Shown piece after piece: positions 36,999 to 47,314 of a DNA stretch of 64,000 nt; positions within the stretch are counted from its first letter, which is position 1, and each line of letters opens with the position of its first letter. A program made the position numbers and the translations under genes. The stretch is from Acidimicrobiaceae bacterium (GTDB taxonomy: Bacteria; Actinomycetota; Acidimicrobiia; Acidimicrobiales; RAAP-2), in contig JABEUR010000067.1 in the NCBI GenBank assembly GCA_013044405.1, positions 4,440-68,439 on the forward strand, read 5' to 3'. The notes beneath the pieces are model-generated. The model saw only the letters and a list, made by a program, of their open reading frames with translations. It had not been told where the DNA came from and searched no databases.

Positions 36999-38426
36999 AT
37001 GCGTCGTTTGGCCAACTTCATCGGAGGCGAGTCAGTAGCTCCCAAGAGCGGGAAGTACGTCGAACTCATCAACCCGGCCACCGGAACTGCCTTCGCCGAG
37101 ATGCCCGTTTCGGACCCCGCTGATGTGGACGCCGCCGTTCAGGTTGCGGCCAAGGCTTTCCAGTCGTGGCGGCGCACCACACCGTCCCAGCGCAGCCGCG
37201 CACTGCTCCAGATAGCCGACCTCATCGAGGAGCACGCCGAGGAGCTTGTGGCGATAGAAGCGGAGAACTGCGGCAAGATCATCTCGGTCACCATGAGTGA
37301 AGAGGTGCCACCGATGCTCGACCAGATCCGGTTCTTCGCCGGCGCAGCACGCCTCCTCGAAGGTCGTGGTGCGACCGAGTACATGGAGGGGATGACCAGC
37401 TACGTCCGGCGTGAACCGGTGGGAGTCTGCGGTGCGGTGACGCCCTGGAACTATCCGATGATGATGGCGATTTGGAAGTGGGCGCCCGCCATCGCGGCTG
37501 GCAACACGATGGTGCTCAAACCTGGTGACTCCACGCCCGCTTCGACGTTATACATGGCCCAGCTGATGGCCGCGGTGTTGCCCGAGGGCGTGTTCAACGT
37601 CGTGTGTGGAGATCGTGACACGGGCCGTGCGCTCGTCGAGCACCCGGTGCCGGCGATGGTTTCGGTGACCGGTTCGGTTCGAGCGGGAATGGAAGTCGCT
37701 TCGAGTGCCTCCTCGACGCTCAAGCGGGTCCACCTCGAGTTGGGAGGCAAGGCGCCGGTGATCGTCTTTGATGACGTTGACATTGAAGCTGCCGTTGAGG
37801 GCATTGCGATCGCGGGATTCTTCAATGCTGGACAGGACTGCACGGCCGCGACCCGAGTGCTAGTCGGCCCCAAGGTCTACGGCGACTTCGTCGACGCTTT
37901 GGCCGATCAGGCCAAGAACACGGTGATCGGCTTGCCGGACAACGATGATGCCCTGTTCGGTCCGGTCAACAATGCGAACCAGTTCCAACGGGTCACCGGA
38001 TTCCTCGGACGCGCACCGGGCCACTCCTCGATCGCGGCGGGCGGAGCTCAGGTCGGAGACGCGGGCTACTTCATCGCACCGACGGTAGTCGCCGACCTCC
38101 ACCAGGACGACGAGATGATCCAGAACGAGATCTTCGGCCCGGTCATCACCGTGCAAAAGTTCAGTGATGAGGCCGAGGCCCTGGCTTGGGCCAACGGCGT
38201 TGACTACGGACTCGCCTCATCGGTGTGGACCAAGGACCACGGTCGCGCGATGCGATTCACCAGGGACCTAGATTTCGGCTGCGTCTGGGTCAACACCCAT
38301 ATCCCCATGGTCGCCGAGATGCCTCACGGTGGTTTCAAGAAGTCTGGGTATGGCAAGGACCTCTCGGTCTATGGATTCGAGGACTACACGCGTATCAAGC
38401 ACGTCATGCACAACATCGAGGCGTAG
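36999..38426 (+). CDS. Gamma-aminobutyraldehyde dehydrogenase
   Basis: [13 protein letters not shown]...[37 protein letters not shown]. Confidence 0.9.
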   Translation: MRRLANFIGGESVAPKSGKYVELINPATGTAFAEMPVSDPADVDAAVQVAAKAFQSWRRTTPSQRSRALLQIADLIEEHAEELVAIEAENCGKIISVTMSEEVPPMLDQIRFFAGAARLLEGRGATEYMEGMTSYVRREPVGVCGAVTPWNYPMMMAIWKWAPAIAAGNTMVLKPGDSTPASTLYMAQLMAAVLPEGVFNVVCGDRDTGRALVEHPVPAMVSVTGSVRAGMEVASSASSTLKRVHLELGGKAPVIVFDDVDIEAAVEGIAIAGFFNAGQDCTAATRVLVGPKVYGDFVDALADQAKNTVIGLPDNDDALFGPVNNANQFQRVTGFLGRAPGHSSIAAGGAQVGDAGYFIAPTVVADLHQDDEMIQNEIFGPVITVQKFSDEAEALAWANGVDYGLASSVWTKDHGRAMRFTRDLDFGCVWVNTHIPMVAEMPHGGFKKSGYGKDLSVYGFEDYTRIKHVMHNIEA

Positions 38427-38557
38427 CGGACAATCAAGCGGGGGGGGATGTTGCCGGTGGAACAGTTCAAGGAGCATTGGGAGGTCAGGCGGGCTTCACT
38501 ATGCCCGACTGGGGACTCGAAGAGCATTGGCAAAGCGACTGCAATAGGCTTCCTTCG

Positions 38558-39757
38558 ATGAGCGGTCGGTCCGAAACTCGAAGCGAGTCGCGGTTCGGTC
38601 ACGCCCGTGGCTCCAAGGCGAATTCGTCCGAGTCGGCCGACGTGCGTTTCGAGCACATCACCAAGCGATTCGGTGACGCCTACGCCGTCGCGGACCTGAA
38701 CCTCGAAGTCCACGCCGGTGAGTTCTTCAGCCTCCTCGGACCGTCGGGTTGCGGCAAGACGACGTCGCTGCGGATGCTTGGAGGCTTCGAGGAGCCGACC
38801 GAAGGTCGCGTGCTCATCGGCGGTGAGGACGTCACTGACCTTCCGCCCTACCGGCGAGACGTCAACACGGTCTTCCAGACCTACGCCCTGTTCCCGCACC
38901 TGGACGTCTATCAGAACGTGGCGTTTGGACTTCGCCGACAGGGCGTCGACAAGAGCGAGATTAAGCGGCGGGTTGGCGAGATGCTCGAGATGGTCGACCT
39001 GCCGGGATTCGATCGTCGCCAGCCAGCCCAGTTGTCTGGCGGTCAGCAACAACGCGTCGCCCTCGCGCGTGCGCTGGTCAATCAACCCAAGCTGCTCCTG
39101 CTCGACGAGCCGATGTCGGCGCTCGACGCCAAGCTTCGCCGACAGATGCAGGTGGAACTGAAGCGGATCCAGTCCCAAGTGGGCATCACATTCATCTACG
39201 TCACCCATGACCAGGAAGAGGCCATGACGATGTCGGACCGCCTGGCCGTCATGTGGCACGGGAAGATCGAGGGGATGGGCACACCCAAGGACGTTTACGA
39301 CAACCCGACGTCGGAGTTCGTGGCCACCTTCCTCGGCGCTTCGAACCTGCTCGGCGGGAAGATCGTCCGATCCGAGGACAATCGGACGACGGTCTTGACC
39401 GACAGCGGCGTCGAGATCACCGTGCCGAGCGAAAGGGTCCCGGACCTGTCGATGACCTCGGTCAAGGTCGGAGTGCGACCCGAGAAGATCGACCTCGTCC
39501 CTGAGGGCAGCGAGCGCGCACCGGGGCACAACATCCTTCGCGGCCGAGTGCGGGTCTCGACCTTCACGGGAGTTGGCAACCAGTACATTGTCGAGACCGA
39601 GTCTGGAGTGGAGGTGACGGTCTACGCGCAGAACATCGGAACGCAGTTCGCCCCGCGCAGTGGCGACAATGTCGTGCTTACCTGGCCCGAAGAGCACACC
39701 TTCACGGTGCGGCCGCTTGTAGGCAATATCGAGATCAATGAATTAGAGGGAGATTGA
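38558..39757 (+). CDS. potA: Polyamine ABC ATPase
   Basis: GPSGCGKT, PPYRRDVNTVFQ.YALFPH, LSGGQQQR. Confidence 0.88.
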   Translation: MSGRSETRSESRFGHARGSKANSSESADVRFEHITKRFGDAYAVADLNLEVHAGEFFSLLGPSGCGKTTSLRMLGGFEEPTEGRVLIGGEDVTDLPPYRRDVNTVFQTYALFPHLDVYQNVAFGLRRQGVDKSEIKRRVGEMLEMVDLPGFDRRQPAQLSGGQQQRVALARALVNQPKLLLLDEPMSALDAKLRRQMQVELKRIQSQVGITFIYVTHDQEEAMTMSDRLAVMWHGKIEGMGTPKDVYDNPTSEFVATFLGASNLLGGKIVRSEDNRTTVLTDSGVEITVPSERVPDLSMTSVKVGVRPEKIDLVPEGSERAPGHNILRGRVRVSTFTGVGNQYIVETESGVEVTVYAQNIGTQFAPRSGDNVVLTWPEEHTFTVRPLVGNIEINELEGD

Positions 39758-39759
39758 AT

Positions 39760-41070
39760 ATGTCAGAAAATGAAGAGTTCGCGTTTGGCCCCGAGGGAAT
39801 GGATCCGGCGTTCTGGCGCGGGCTAACCCAACGGCGCGTTTCGCGACGCGGAGTCATGAAGGTGGCCGGTCTCGGTGCGGGTGCGTCAGTAATATTGGCG
39901 GCCTGTGGTAGCCCGTCGCCGGCCGCTTCGTCGTCTAAAGGCGCCGTAGGTGCGGCGAACTGGTGGGCCAAGCAGAAGCTCCATCACTTGGTGGACTTCG
40001 CCAACTGGCCCTTGTACATTGACGTGCTGGCCGGAAAGCATCTTTCGCTCGAGCACTTCACGCAGACGACCGGCATTAAGGTCAACTATTTTGAGGTGAT
40101 CCAGGACAACGCTTCGTTCTACGCGAAGATCCGTCCGTCCTTGGCCGCGGGCCAGCCCACTGGGTACGACATCGTCGTCATGACCAACAACAATCCGGAG
40201 TTGGGTTACCTCGAGAACTTGAAATGGCTCGTACCCCTCGACCACTCGGCGATGCCCAACTTCGACAAATACGCCGGTCCCTTGATCAAGAACCCCACGT
40301 GGGACCCGGGTAACAAGTACACCATGGCCTGGCAGTCGGGGTGGACCGCGATTGGCTACAACTCACAGGTCATCAAGAACCCCGGCGACAGTATCCAAAT
40401 GCTCTTCGACAAGAAGTACAAGGGTCAAGTCGGAATGCTGTCAGACCCCTTCGAACTCGGAACCGCAGGGTTGCTCGCCATTGGCGTGGAGCCGACCAAG
40501 TCGACCGAGTCAGATTGGGCCAAGGCCGCCAAGAAGTTGAAGCAACAGAAGAGTGATGGGATCGTCGTGGCGTACTACGACCAGAGTTACATCTCGCACC
40601 TGAAGAACGGAGACATCAACATCGCCCAGGCCTATTCGGGCGATATCTTCCAGGCCAACTTGAACAGTAAATACAAGAAGTTGAAGTTGCTGCTGCCGAA
40701 AGAGGGCGCGATGCTCTGGACCGACAACATGGCCATCCCGCTGCACGCGCAGAACCCCAAGGATGCCATGACGCTGATGGACTTCTTCTATAGTCCGGTC
40801 ACCCAGGCAGTGGTGGAGTACTACAACGACTACATCTGCCCGGTGCCGATGGCCAAGCAGCAGTTGCTCCACCCGACCGGCTGGGACGTCCAGGCGTTGA
40901 AGCAGTTGGCCCCCGAGATCGGCCTGCCCACTTCAGTCACGGCGAACTCGCCGATCGTCTTTCCCGACGCGGCCAGCGTGAAGTTGACGAAGGACTACTA
41001 CCAGTTCAAGAATCAAGAGGAGATAAATGCGTGGAACAACTTGTTCCTACCGATCATCCAGGGAGCCTGA
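39760..41070 (+). CDS. potD: Polyamine-binding Tat lipoprotein
   Basis: SRRGVMK...LAAC lipobox; ANWPLYID, WQSG, AYSGD, PKEGAMLWTDN. Confidence 0.85.
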   Translation: MSENEEFAFGPEGMDPAFWRGLTQRRVSRRGVMKVAGLGAGASVILAACGSPSPAASSSKGAVGAANWWAKQKLHHLVDFANWPLYIDVLAGKHLSLEHFTQTTGIKVNYFEVIQDNASFYAKIRPSLAAGQPTGYDIVVMTNNNPELGYLENLKWLVPLDHSAMPNFDKYAGPLIKNPTWDPGNKYTMAWQSGWTAIGYNSQVIKNPGDSIQMLFDKKYKGQVGMLSDPFELGTAGLLAIGVEPTKSTESDWAKAAKKLKQQKSDGIVVAYYDQSYISHLKNGDINIAQAYSGDIFQANLNSKYKKLKLLLPKEGAMLWTDNMAIPLHAQNPKDAMTLMDFFYSPVTQAVVEYYNDYICPVPMAKQQLLHPTGWDVQALKQLAPEIGLPTSVTANSPIVFPDAASVKLTKDYYQFKNQEEINAWNNLFLPIIQGA

Positions 41071-41945
41071 ACAAACGCAGATCCGGCGGTAGTTTCGCTA
41101 AGAAGATCGCCCCGTACGTCTTGAGCCTGCCGGCGGGTGTGTGGTTGGTGTTGTTGTTCATCGTCCCGCTCGGCTCGATGCTGATCATGTCTCTCGAGAC
41201 ATGCAGTCCTGCATCGGGCGCGTGTGTCATGACCTGGCACTGGGGCGAGCTGCCGAGCATCGTCAATCTCTACCGCGGTCAGTTCTTCACGAGTCTCTAC
41301 TTCGCCGCCCTGGCGACGCTGTTCGACCTGATCATCTCGTTTCCAATCGCCTACTGGATCGCGTTTCGCGGAGGGAGGCGCAAGAACTTCTTTCTGCTCA
41401 TGCTGCTCGTACCCTTCTTCGTGTCGTTCGTCATCCGCACGATCGTCTGGGAGTTCGTTCTCTCTAACAACGGGGTCGTGTTGCACACTTTGAAGCACCT
41501 CCACCTGATGCCCCAGGGGTTCCACGTACTGGGCACGGGAGTTGCCGTCGTGGCTGGTCTGGCCTATAACTATCTGCCCTTCACCGCGTTGCCGTTGTAC
41601 GTCGCGCTGGAGAGGATTGACCAACGGGTCCTTGAGGCGGCCTACGACCTCTACGCGTCCAAGCGTGTTGGTTTCATGAAAGTGATACTCCCGTTGACGG
41701 TCCCTGGAATATATGCGGCGTTCCTGCTCACCTTCATCCCGGCGTTCGGGGACTACGTGAACCAAGAGATCCTCGGAGGGACCGCGAACACCATGATCGG
41801 TACGGTGATTCAAAATGAATACACGAGTGCGGGTGACTACGCCGGTGGTGCATCACTCTCGCTCGTCCTGCTCGCGGTGTCGCTCGTGGGTATCTTCCTC
41901 TACGCGCGAGTTCTGGGTTCGCGGACGATCGAGCAATACCTATGA
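41031..41945 (+). CDS. potB: Polyamine ABC permease
   Basis: PFFVSFVIR..W, YNYLPF..LPLY, EAAYDL, FIPAFGDY; AGGAG RBS before GTG 41031. Confidence 0.88.
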   Translation: MEQLVPTDHPGSLNKRRSGGSFAKKIAPYVLSLPAGVWLVLLFIVPLGSMLIMSLETCSPASGACVMTWHWGELPSIVNLYRGQFFTSLYFAALATLFDLIISFPIAYWIAFRGGRRKNFFLLMLLVPFFVSFVIRTIVWEFVLSNNGVVLHTLKHLHLMPQGFHVLGTGVAVVAGLAYNYLPFTALPLYVALERIDQRVLEAAYDLYASKRVGFMKVILPLTVPGIYAAFLLTFIPAFGDYVNQEILGGTANTMIGTVIQNEYTSAGDYAGGASLSLVLLAVSLVGIFLYARVLGSRTIEQYL

Positions 41946-42811
41946 GTATCGCTGACGCCGCGCCGATCGAGGTTCAACCCGGGGCAGTGGACCGGTCTCC
42001 AACGCCACGCCGGCGCCGCCACGCCGGGCGCTTCATCCTGCCGACCTACTCGTGGCTCGTCATTGCGTACCTGGTGTTCCCCATTGCCATGATGATCCTC
42101 TACAGCTTCAACAAGGTCGTGGGAGGAATGCAGCTGGTGAGCTTCACGTGGCTGGGCTTCACGACCCAGTGGTATCACCAGTGGAGCAGTGTCCCGGGGT
42201 TGACGTCGGCCTTTTGGCTGTCGATCCGTCTGGCGGTCGTCAGCACCGTTCTCGCCACGATCATCGGCACGCTGCTGGCCGTGGCACTCGTGCGGTACCA
42301 CCCTCCGAGGTTCCGCGGTAAGACGGCCATCGAACAGGTGCTGTTCCTCAACATCGCCGCCCCCGAAATCGTCATGGGATCCTCGCTGCTCGGACTCTTC
42401 GTCATGCTCAACATCAATCGCGGCTTCTTGACCTTGGTACTCGCCCACGTGATGTTCTGCATCGCCTACGTCACCGTGACGGTTCGAGCTCGCATGTCGG
42501 GCTTCGACCGCGCGCTCGAAGAGGCGGCTTACGACCTGGGGGCCAGGCCCCTAGTGACCTTCACCAGGGTCACCTTGCCCCTGATCATGCCCGGTGTGCT
42601 CGCCGGCGCCCTGATGGCCTTCGCGCTGTCCATTGACGACTTCGTCACCTCGTACTTCGTTGGTGGATCGAGCATCCCCTTCCCGGTCTGGGTCTATGGT
42701 GCGACCCGTGTCGGGATTCCCCCTCAAGTCTTCGTCTTCGGTACGGGAATCTTCGCCGTGGGGATATTCTTCGCGGTGCTTAGCATCTTCGTGGCCAAGA
42801 AGAAGGTCTGA
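41942..42811 (+). CDS. potC: Polyamine ABC permease
   Basis: YSFN, PEIVMG.SLL, LEEAAYDLGA, FALSIDDF. Confidence 0.88.
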   Translation: MSIADAAPIEVQPGAVDRSPTPRRRRHAGRFILPTYSWLVIAYLVFPIAMMILYSFNKVVGGMQLVSFTWLGFTTQWYHQWSSVPGLTSAFWLSIRLAVVSTVLATIIGTLLAVALVRYHPPRFRGKTAIEQVLFLNIAAPEIVMGSSLLGLFVMLNINRGFLTLVLAHVMFCIAYVTVTVRARMSGFDRALEEAAYDLGARPLVTFTRVTLPLIMPGVLAGALMAFALSIDDFVTSYFVGGSSIPFPVWVYGATRVGIPPQVFVFGTGIFAVGIFFAVLSIFVAKKKV

Positions 42812-42889
42812 ATAGTTCTCAGGAGTTGTCCGATGAGACGGTGGCGACCATCCTGACGATGGTCCATCAAAGAAGGAGAGAGGCGTCCA

Positions 42890-44008
42890 ATGATTATTGG
42901 TGTCCCCAAGGAAATTAAGACAGATGAGTACCGGGTGGCCCTGACGCCCGCGGGCGTGCGTGAATTGACCGGCTCGGGCCACCAGGTGTTGGTCGAGCGA
43001 TCGGCTGGCGTTGGCTCGTCTATCGCCGACGCCGACTACGTCGCCAACGGCGCGCGGATCGTCGACGACGCCGATGACCTGTGGGCCGACAGCGACCTCG
43101 TCCTCAAGGTCAAAGAGCCCATCGCGGCCGAGTACCCACGACTGGCCGCTCGCAAGAATCAGGTCCTGTTCACCTACCTCCACTTGGCGGCCGGGCGAGA
43201 GTGCGCCGATGCGCTCATTGGGGCGAACAACGTTGCGATCGCCTACGAGACCGTGCGGCTTCGCGACAACACCTTGCCACTGCTGACACCAATGAGCGAG
43301 GTCGCCGGAAGAATGGCGACACTCATGGGTGCGCACCATCTCATGCGCTCTGGTGGAGGTCGAGGAGCATTGATCAGCGGTGTCCCCGGCGTCGCCCCAG
43401 TGAACGTCGTGGTAATCGGTGCAGGAGTCGCCGGTCTGGCTGCCGCCACGATGGCCGCGGGCTTGCACGCCAACGTGAAGATCCTCGACCGCAACCTCGA
43501 GCGACTCCGTCAGGTGGACATCCACTTCGATGGTCGCGTCCAGACCATCGCCTCGTCGACCCTCGCGGTCGAAGAGGCGTGTCTCGACGCCGACATCGTC
43601 ATCGGAGCCGTCCTCGTCGTGGGAGCGAAGGCGCCCAAATTGGTGAGCAACGAACTGGTGGCGCGCATGCGTCAGGGTTCGGTGTTGGTCGACATCGCAG
43701 TCGACCAGGGTGGTTGCTTCGAGGCAACGCACCCCACGACCCACTCGGACCCCGTCTTCGAAGTCAACGGCTCGATCTTCTACTGTGTGGCGAACATGCC
43801 TGGTGCAGTGCCCAACACTTCCACCTTCGCGTTGGCCAACGCGACCTTGCCCTACACGATGGAGTTGGTCCGACACGGTTGGCGTGATGCCGTGCTGGCC
43901 GATGACGCCCTCGCTGAAGGAGTCAATGTCGTCAATGGAGCCATCACTTGTGGACCGGTGGCTGAGTCGCTCGGATTGGCGTTCAGTCCACTACGCTCCC
44001 TGCTGTAA
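42890..44008 (+). CDS. ald: Alanine dehydrogenase
   Basis: GVPKEIK..EYRV, KVKEP, FTYLHLA, PMSEVAGR, DIAVDQGGC, YCVANMPG. Confidence 0.95.
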   Translation: MIIGVPKEIKTDEYRVALTPAGVRELTGSGHQVLVERSAGVGSSIADADYVANGARIVDDADDLWADSDLVLKVKEPIAAEYPRLAARKNQVLFTYLHLAAGRECADALIGANNVAIAYETVRLRDNTLPLLTPMSEVAGRMATLMGAHHLMRSGGGRGALISGVPGVAPVNVVVIGAGVAGLAAATMAAGLHANVKILDRNLERLRQVDIHFDGRVQTIASSTLAVEEACLDADIVIGAVLVVGAKAPKLVSNELVARMRQGSVLVDIAVDQGGCFEATHPTTHSDPVFEVNGSIFYCVANMPGAVPNTSTFALANATLPYTMELVRHGWRDAVLADDALAEGVNVVNGAITCGPVAESLGLAFSPLRSLL

Positions 44009-44019
44009 CTTTCCGATTT

Positions 44020-44064
44020 AGGTGCCGGGTCCCGGGTGATGTGCCCTCGGGGCCCGGCACCTTT
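44020..44064 (+). terminator. Terminator after ald
   Basis: AGGTGCCGGG...CCCGGCACCT followed by TT. Confidence 0.65.
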
Positions 44065-44081
44065 CACGAGCAAGGGATATC

Positions 44082-45596
44082 ATGACCGACGCATCTGTCA
44101 GCCACGTCGTGCACGCCGAGATGCCAGATCCGCGTCGGTGGTACGCGTTGGTGGTCATCGCCATTGCCCAACTCATGGTCGTGCTCGACGCGTCGATCGT
44201 CAACATCGCTCTTCCTCACGCCGCGCTCCCCAGAGCCCTCGGTGGCCTCGCGATCTCGGCGAAGAACTACCAGTGGGCGGTGACGGCGTACACGTTGACC
44301 TTCGGCGGTTTCTTGTTGTTGGGCGGTCGAATCGGCGACTACATGGGCCGCAAGAAGGCATTCCTGATAGGACTGTTGGGCTTCGCGGGAGCGAGTCTGC
44401 TCGGGGGATTCGCCCAGAATCAACAGATGCTCTTCGGAGCTAGGGCTCTGCAGGGAATGTTCGGTGCGCTGCTGGCTCCGGCCGCGCTCTCGTTGATCTC
44501 GGTGACCTTCACCGATTCCAAGGAGCGCGCCAGAGCCTTTGGCGTCTACGGTGCCCTAGCGGGAGTCGGCTCGGCGATCGGTCTCATCGCTGGTGGACTC
44601 TTGACCCAGTACTTGTCGTGGCGCTGGTGCCTCTTCGTTAACACCCCCATGGCGATCTTGGCCTTCACGCTGGCTATCCCCGATATCAAGGAGTCCAAAG
44701 TCGAAGGTCATCCCCACTACGACATACCGGGTGCCTTGAGCGCTACCGCCGGAATGGTCAGCGTGGTCTACGGCGTCTCGCAGGCCTCGACCAATGGTTG
44801 GGGATCCTCCACGGCCTGGCCGTTCATGGCCCTCGGCGCGACATTGCTCGTGATCTTCTTTCTCATCGAGAGCAGGAAACGCCAGCCGCTGTTGCCGCTT
44901 CGACTCTTGACCGACCGAGTCAGGGCGGGTGCCTACCTCACCCAGATCCTCGTCGCTCTAGGGCTGTTCGGCATGTTCTTGTTCATGACCTTCTACTTTC
45001 AGACCGTCCACCAGTTCTCCGCGGTCAAGACCGGACTGTTGTTCCTGCCCTTCTCGGTCGGCGTCATCCTCGCCGCGGGCGTGACGAGTCAGTTCCTGCC
45101 CAAGGTCGGGCCGCGACCACTGGCGACCCTCGGCTGCACGATGGGCGCGGTCGGCCTACTGCTTTTGTCGCTGTTGCATGCGAACAGCTCGTATCTCGGT
45201 CACGTCATGCCCTCGATGATCATCACGAGCCTGGGCATGGGCATGACCTTCGTAGCCGTCGCTTCGACGGCACTGTTCAACGTGCGACCCCAAGACACCG
45301 GAGCGGCCTCGGCAGTGCTGACGACTGCTCAACAGATTGGCGGGTCATTCGGCACCGCCATCCAGAACACCATCTTCGTCTCGAGTGCGGCGGCGCTCAG
45401 CGCGGCGGTCGTACACCGACCCACCACGCAGGCGGCCATCATCGCTCTGCGCAATCGGGCGTACGTCCACGGATTCGACATGGCGTTCCGTTTTGGCTCA
45501 CTCACCCTCTTGTTGGCCGCGGTCACCTTCTTCTCGTTGGCCAATATCGATCGACACCATCTCGGTCAACACGACGAAGTCGTGGTCGCCCACTAG
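44082..45596 (+). CDS. MFS DHA2 (EmrB/QacA) efflux transporter
   Basis: LDASIVNIALP, W...AY.L.FGG.LLLGGR.GD..GRK; about 14 TM segments. Confidence 0.9.
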   Translation: MTDASVSHVVHAEMPDPRRWYALVVIAIAQLMVVLDASIVNIALPHAALPRALGGLAISAKNYQWAVTAYTLTFGGFLLLGGRIGDYMGRKKAFLIGLLGFAGASLLGGFAQNQQMLFGARALQGMFGALLAPAALSLISVTFTDSKERARAFGVYGALAGVGSAIGLIAGGLLTQYLSWRWCLFVNTPMAILAFTLAIPDIKESKVEGHPHYDIPGALSATAGMVSVVYGVSQASTNGWGSSTAWPFMALGATLLVIFFLIESRKRQPLLPLRLLTDRVRAGAYLTQILVALGLFGMFLFMTFYFQTVHQFSAVKTGLLFLPFSVGVILAAGVTSQFLPKVGPRPLATLGCTMGAVGLLLLSLLHANSSYLGHVMPSMIITSLGMGMTFVAVASTALFNVRPQDTGAASAVLTTAQQIGGSFGTAIQNTIFVSSAAALSAAVVHRPTTQAAIIALRNRAYVHGFDMAFRFGSLTLLLAAVTFFSLANIDRHHLGQHDEVVVAH

Positions 45597-45811
45597 AGCT
45601 CCACGTAGGGGCAGTGTCGGCATCCACTCGAACAGCACGATCCGCGCTGGAGGTGGGCGTGGTGCGTGAGCACGAACAAGCCAGTAGAGGGATCGCGATA
45701 CATGCTTTGGCCCCTCGCCGTGGCGACATCGTGGGCGTCCACGATCGCCGTGAAGTCTTCGCGCTCAGGTGAGCAGCGGCTGGGGTGCGGAAGCGGTGCC
45801 CCTTGGTCCAT
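45593..45811 (-). CDS. DUF5522 Cys-rich small protein
   Basis: Y.DP.TG..V.T...H..RG.CC.SGCRHCPY. Confidence 0.8.
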   Translation of the reverse strand: MDQGAPLPHPSRCSPEREDFTAIVDAHDVATARGQSMYRDPSTGLFVLTHHAHLQRGSCCSSGCRHCPYVEL

Positions 45812-45831
45812 GGCCTCAACCTAACGGTGTC

Positions 45832-46779
45832 TCAGTCTGGAATGCGCAGCACGACCTTACCTAGTTTTCCCGGCCGCGCGAAGTATTCGTACGCGGTAGC
45901 GGCTTCGTCGAAGCTGAAGCTGCGCGCGATCGGCACACGCAACTCACCGGCGCGCCATCGTGGGATGAGTGTCTGGCCCACCCGCTCGGCCACTGTCGCC
46001 TTCTCGAGGCGAGTCCTTGAGCGAAGGGTCGAGCCGGTGATGGTTATTCGCGAGCGCATCACCACGAGCAGGTCGAGTTCGAGGTGGCTGCCAGCGCCGA
46101 CGCCGATCACGACGACTCGCGCGAAGGGAGTCAGCCGGTTCAGAGCTCGAGCCAAGTGGGCCGAGCCGAGGAGTTCCAACACGACGTCCACGGGTTCGAT
46201 GTCGTCAACTTGCTCAATCGTGATGGTTTCATCGGCACCGAGTTCGCTCAGTTGTTGATGATGCTCGCGAGACCTCGTCACGGCCGTCACGTGGGCGCCG
46301 AGCGCGTGAGCAATCTGAATACCCGCGACGCCTACGCCACCGGCCGCTCCAGAGATGAGCACGCGTTCTCCCTCGCGCAACCGAACTTGACTGGTCAGTG
46401 CATCGTGAGCGGTGCTGAAGGCCTCACCAAACCCGCCGGCCTGGTCCCAGTCGACGTGGTCGGGAACGAAGAGCAAGTGCTCGCTCGCCACGATGCAGTG
46501 CGTGGCCTGGGCCCCACCGCCAACGACGGCGCAGACCCGTCGTCCCAGCAGGGGTTCGTGGACTCGCGTACCGACCGCGGTGACGATACCGGCCAGCTCG
46601 AGTCCTGGAATATCCGCCGGTGAACCCGCGGGCGCCGGGTAGTACCCCTGTAATTGCAAGAGATCTGCGGCGTTGATCCCGGCGGCTCGAACCTCGACAA
46701 CGACGTCGTTTTCGCCCGGAACCGGAGTAGGGCGCTGCTCGAAGACCAGTTGGTTGTCACGGATCACCAGTGCCTTCAC
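45832..46779 (-). CDS. NAD(P)H:quinone oxidoreductase (MDR, PIG3-like)
   Basis: AAGINAADL.Q..G.YP.P.G, PGLE.AG, GAAGGVG, GSTLRSR, GKVVL. Confidence 0.88.
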   Translation of the reverse strand: MKALVIRDNQLVFEQRPTPVPGENDVVVEVRAAGINAADLLQLQGYYPAPAGSPADIPGLELAGIVTAVGTRVHEPLLGRRVCAVVGGGAQATHCIVASEHLLFVPDHVDWDQAGGFGEAFSTAHDALTSQVRLREGERVLISGAAGGVGVAGIQIAHALGAHVTAVTRSREHHQQLSELGADETITIEQVDDIEPVDVVLELLGSAHLARALNRLTPFARVVVIGVGAGSHLELDLLVVMRSRITITGSTLRSRTRLEKATVAERVGQTLIPRWRAGELRVPIARSFSFDEAATAYEYFARPGKLGKVVLRIPD

Positions 46780-46831
46780 CCCACCCACCATAGGGCGTCG
46801 AGTTTTTGGATCGGGCCGATAATCTCGGTCC

Positions 46832-47314
46832 ATGACTATCTACGACATTCCTATCAATACCCTTAGCGGCGAAGCGAGTTCGCTGGCTCCATTCGCCGGA
46901 AAGACAGTTCTGGCGGTCAATGTGGCTTCCAAGTGTGGACTCACTCCGCAGTACGCGGGACTCGAATCACTGCAGAAGACCTACGAGGATCGTGGATTCA
47001 CGGTGCTTGGATTCCCGTGCAACCAATTCATGGGCCAAGAGCCCGGAACCGCCGAGGACATCCATACCTTCTGCTCGACGACCTACGGCGTGACCTTCCC
47101 GATGTTCGAGAAGATCGAGGTGAACGGGGAAGACCGTCACGAGATCTACCGCGAACTCGTTGATGTACCCGACGTCGAGGGTTATACCGGCGACATTCGC
47201 TGGAACTTCGAGAAGTTCCTCATTAGCCCCGATGGTGGCGTGCAGCGCTTTGCCCCCCTCGTGGAGCCCCAGGACCCCGTGCTCATCGCCGCGATTGAGG
47301 CCGCGCTCAACTAG
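46832..47314 (+). CDS. Glutathione peroxidase-family thiol peroxidase (Cys type)
   Basis: VNVASKCGLTPQY, GFPCNQF..QEPG, WNFEKFL. Confidence 0.92.
   Translation: MTIYDIPINTLSGEASSLAPFAGKTVLAVNVASKCGLTPQYAGLESLQKTYEDRGFTVLGFPCNQFMGQEPGTAEDIHTFCSTTYGVTFPMFEKIEVNGEDRHEIYRELVDVPDVEGYTGDIRWNFEKFLISPDGGVQRFAPLVEPQDPVLIAAIEAALN

Noticed and set aside
38427-38557. G8 tract and repeated GAGCATTGG before potA as riboswitch or phase switch
   Set aside because: No recognisable aptamer; potA appears leaderless (TAGGCT 7 nt upstream), so this region is probably not in its mRNA leader
38384-39697. 437-aa minus-strand ORF
   Set aside because: Antisense shadow of potA
42551-43876. 441-aa minus-strand ORF
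   Set aside because: Antisense shadow of ald
46832-47314. Selenocysteine peroxidase
   Set aside because: Active-site codon is TGT (Cys), not TGA
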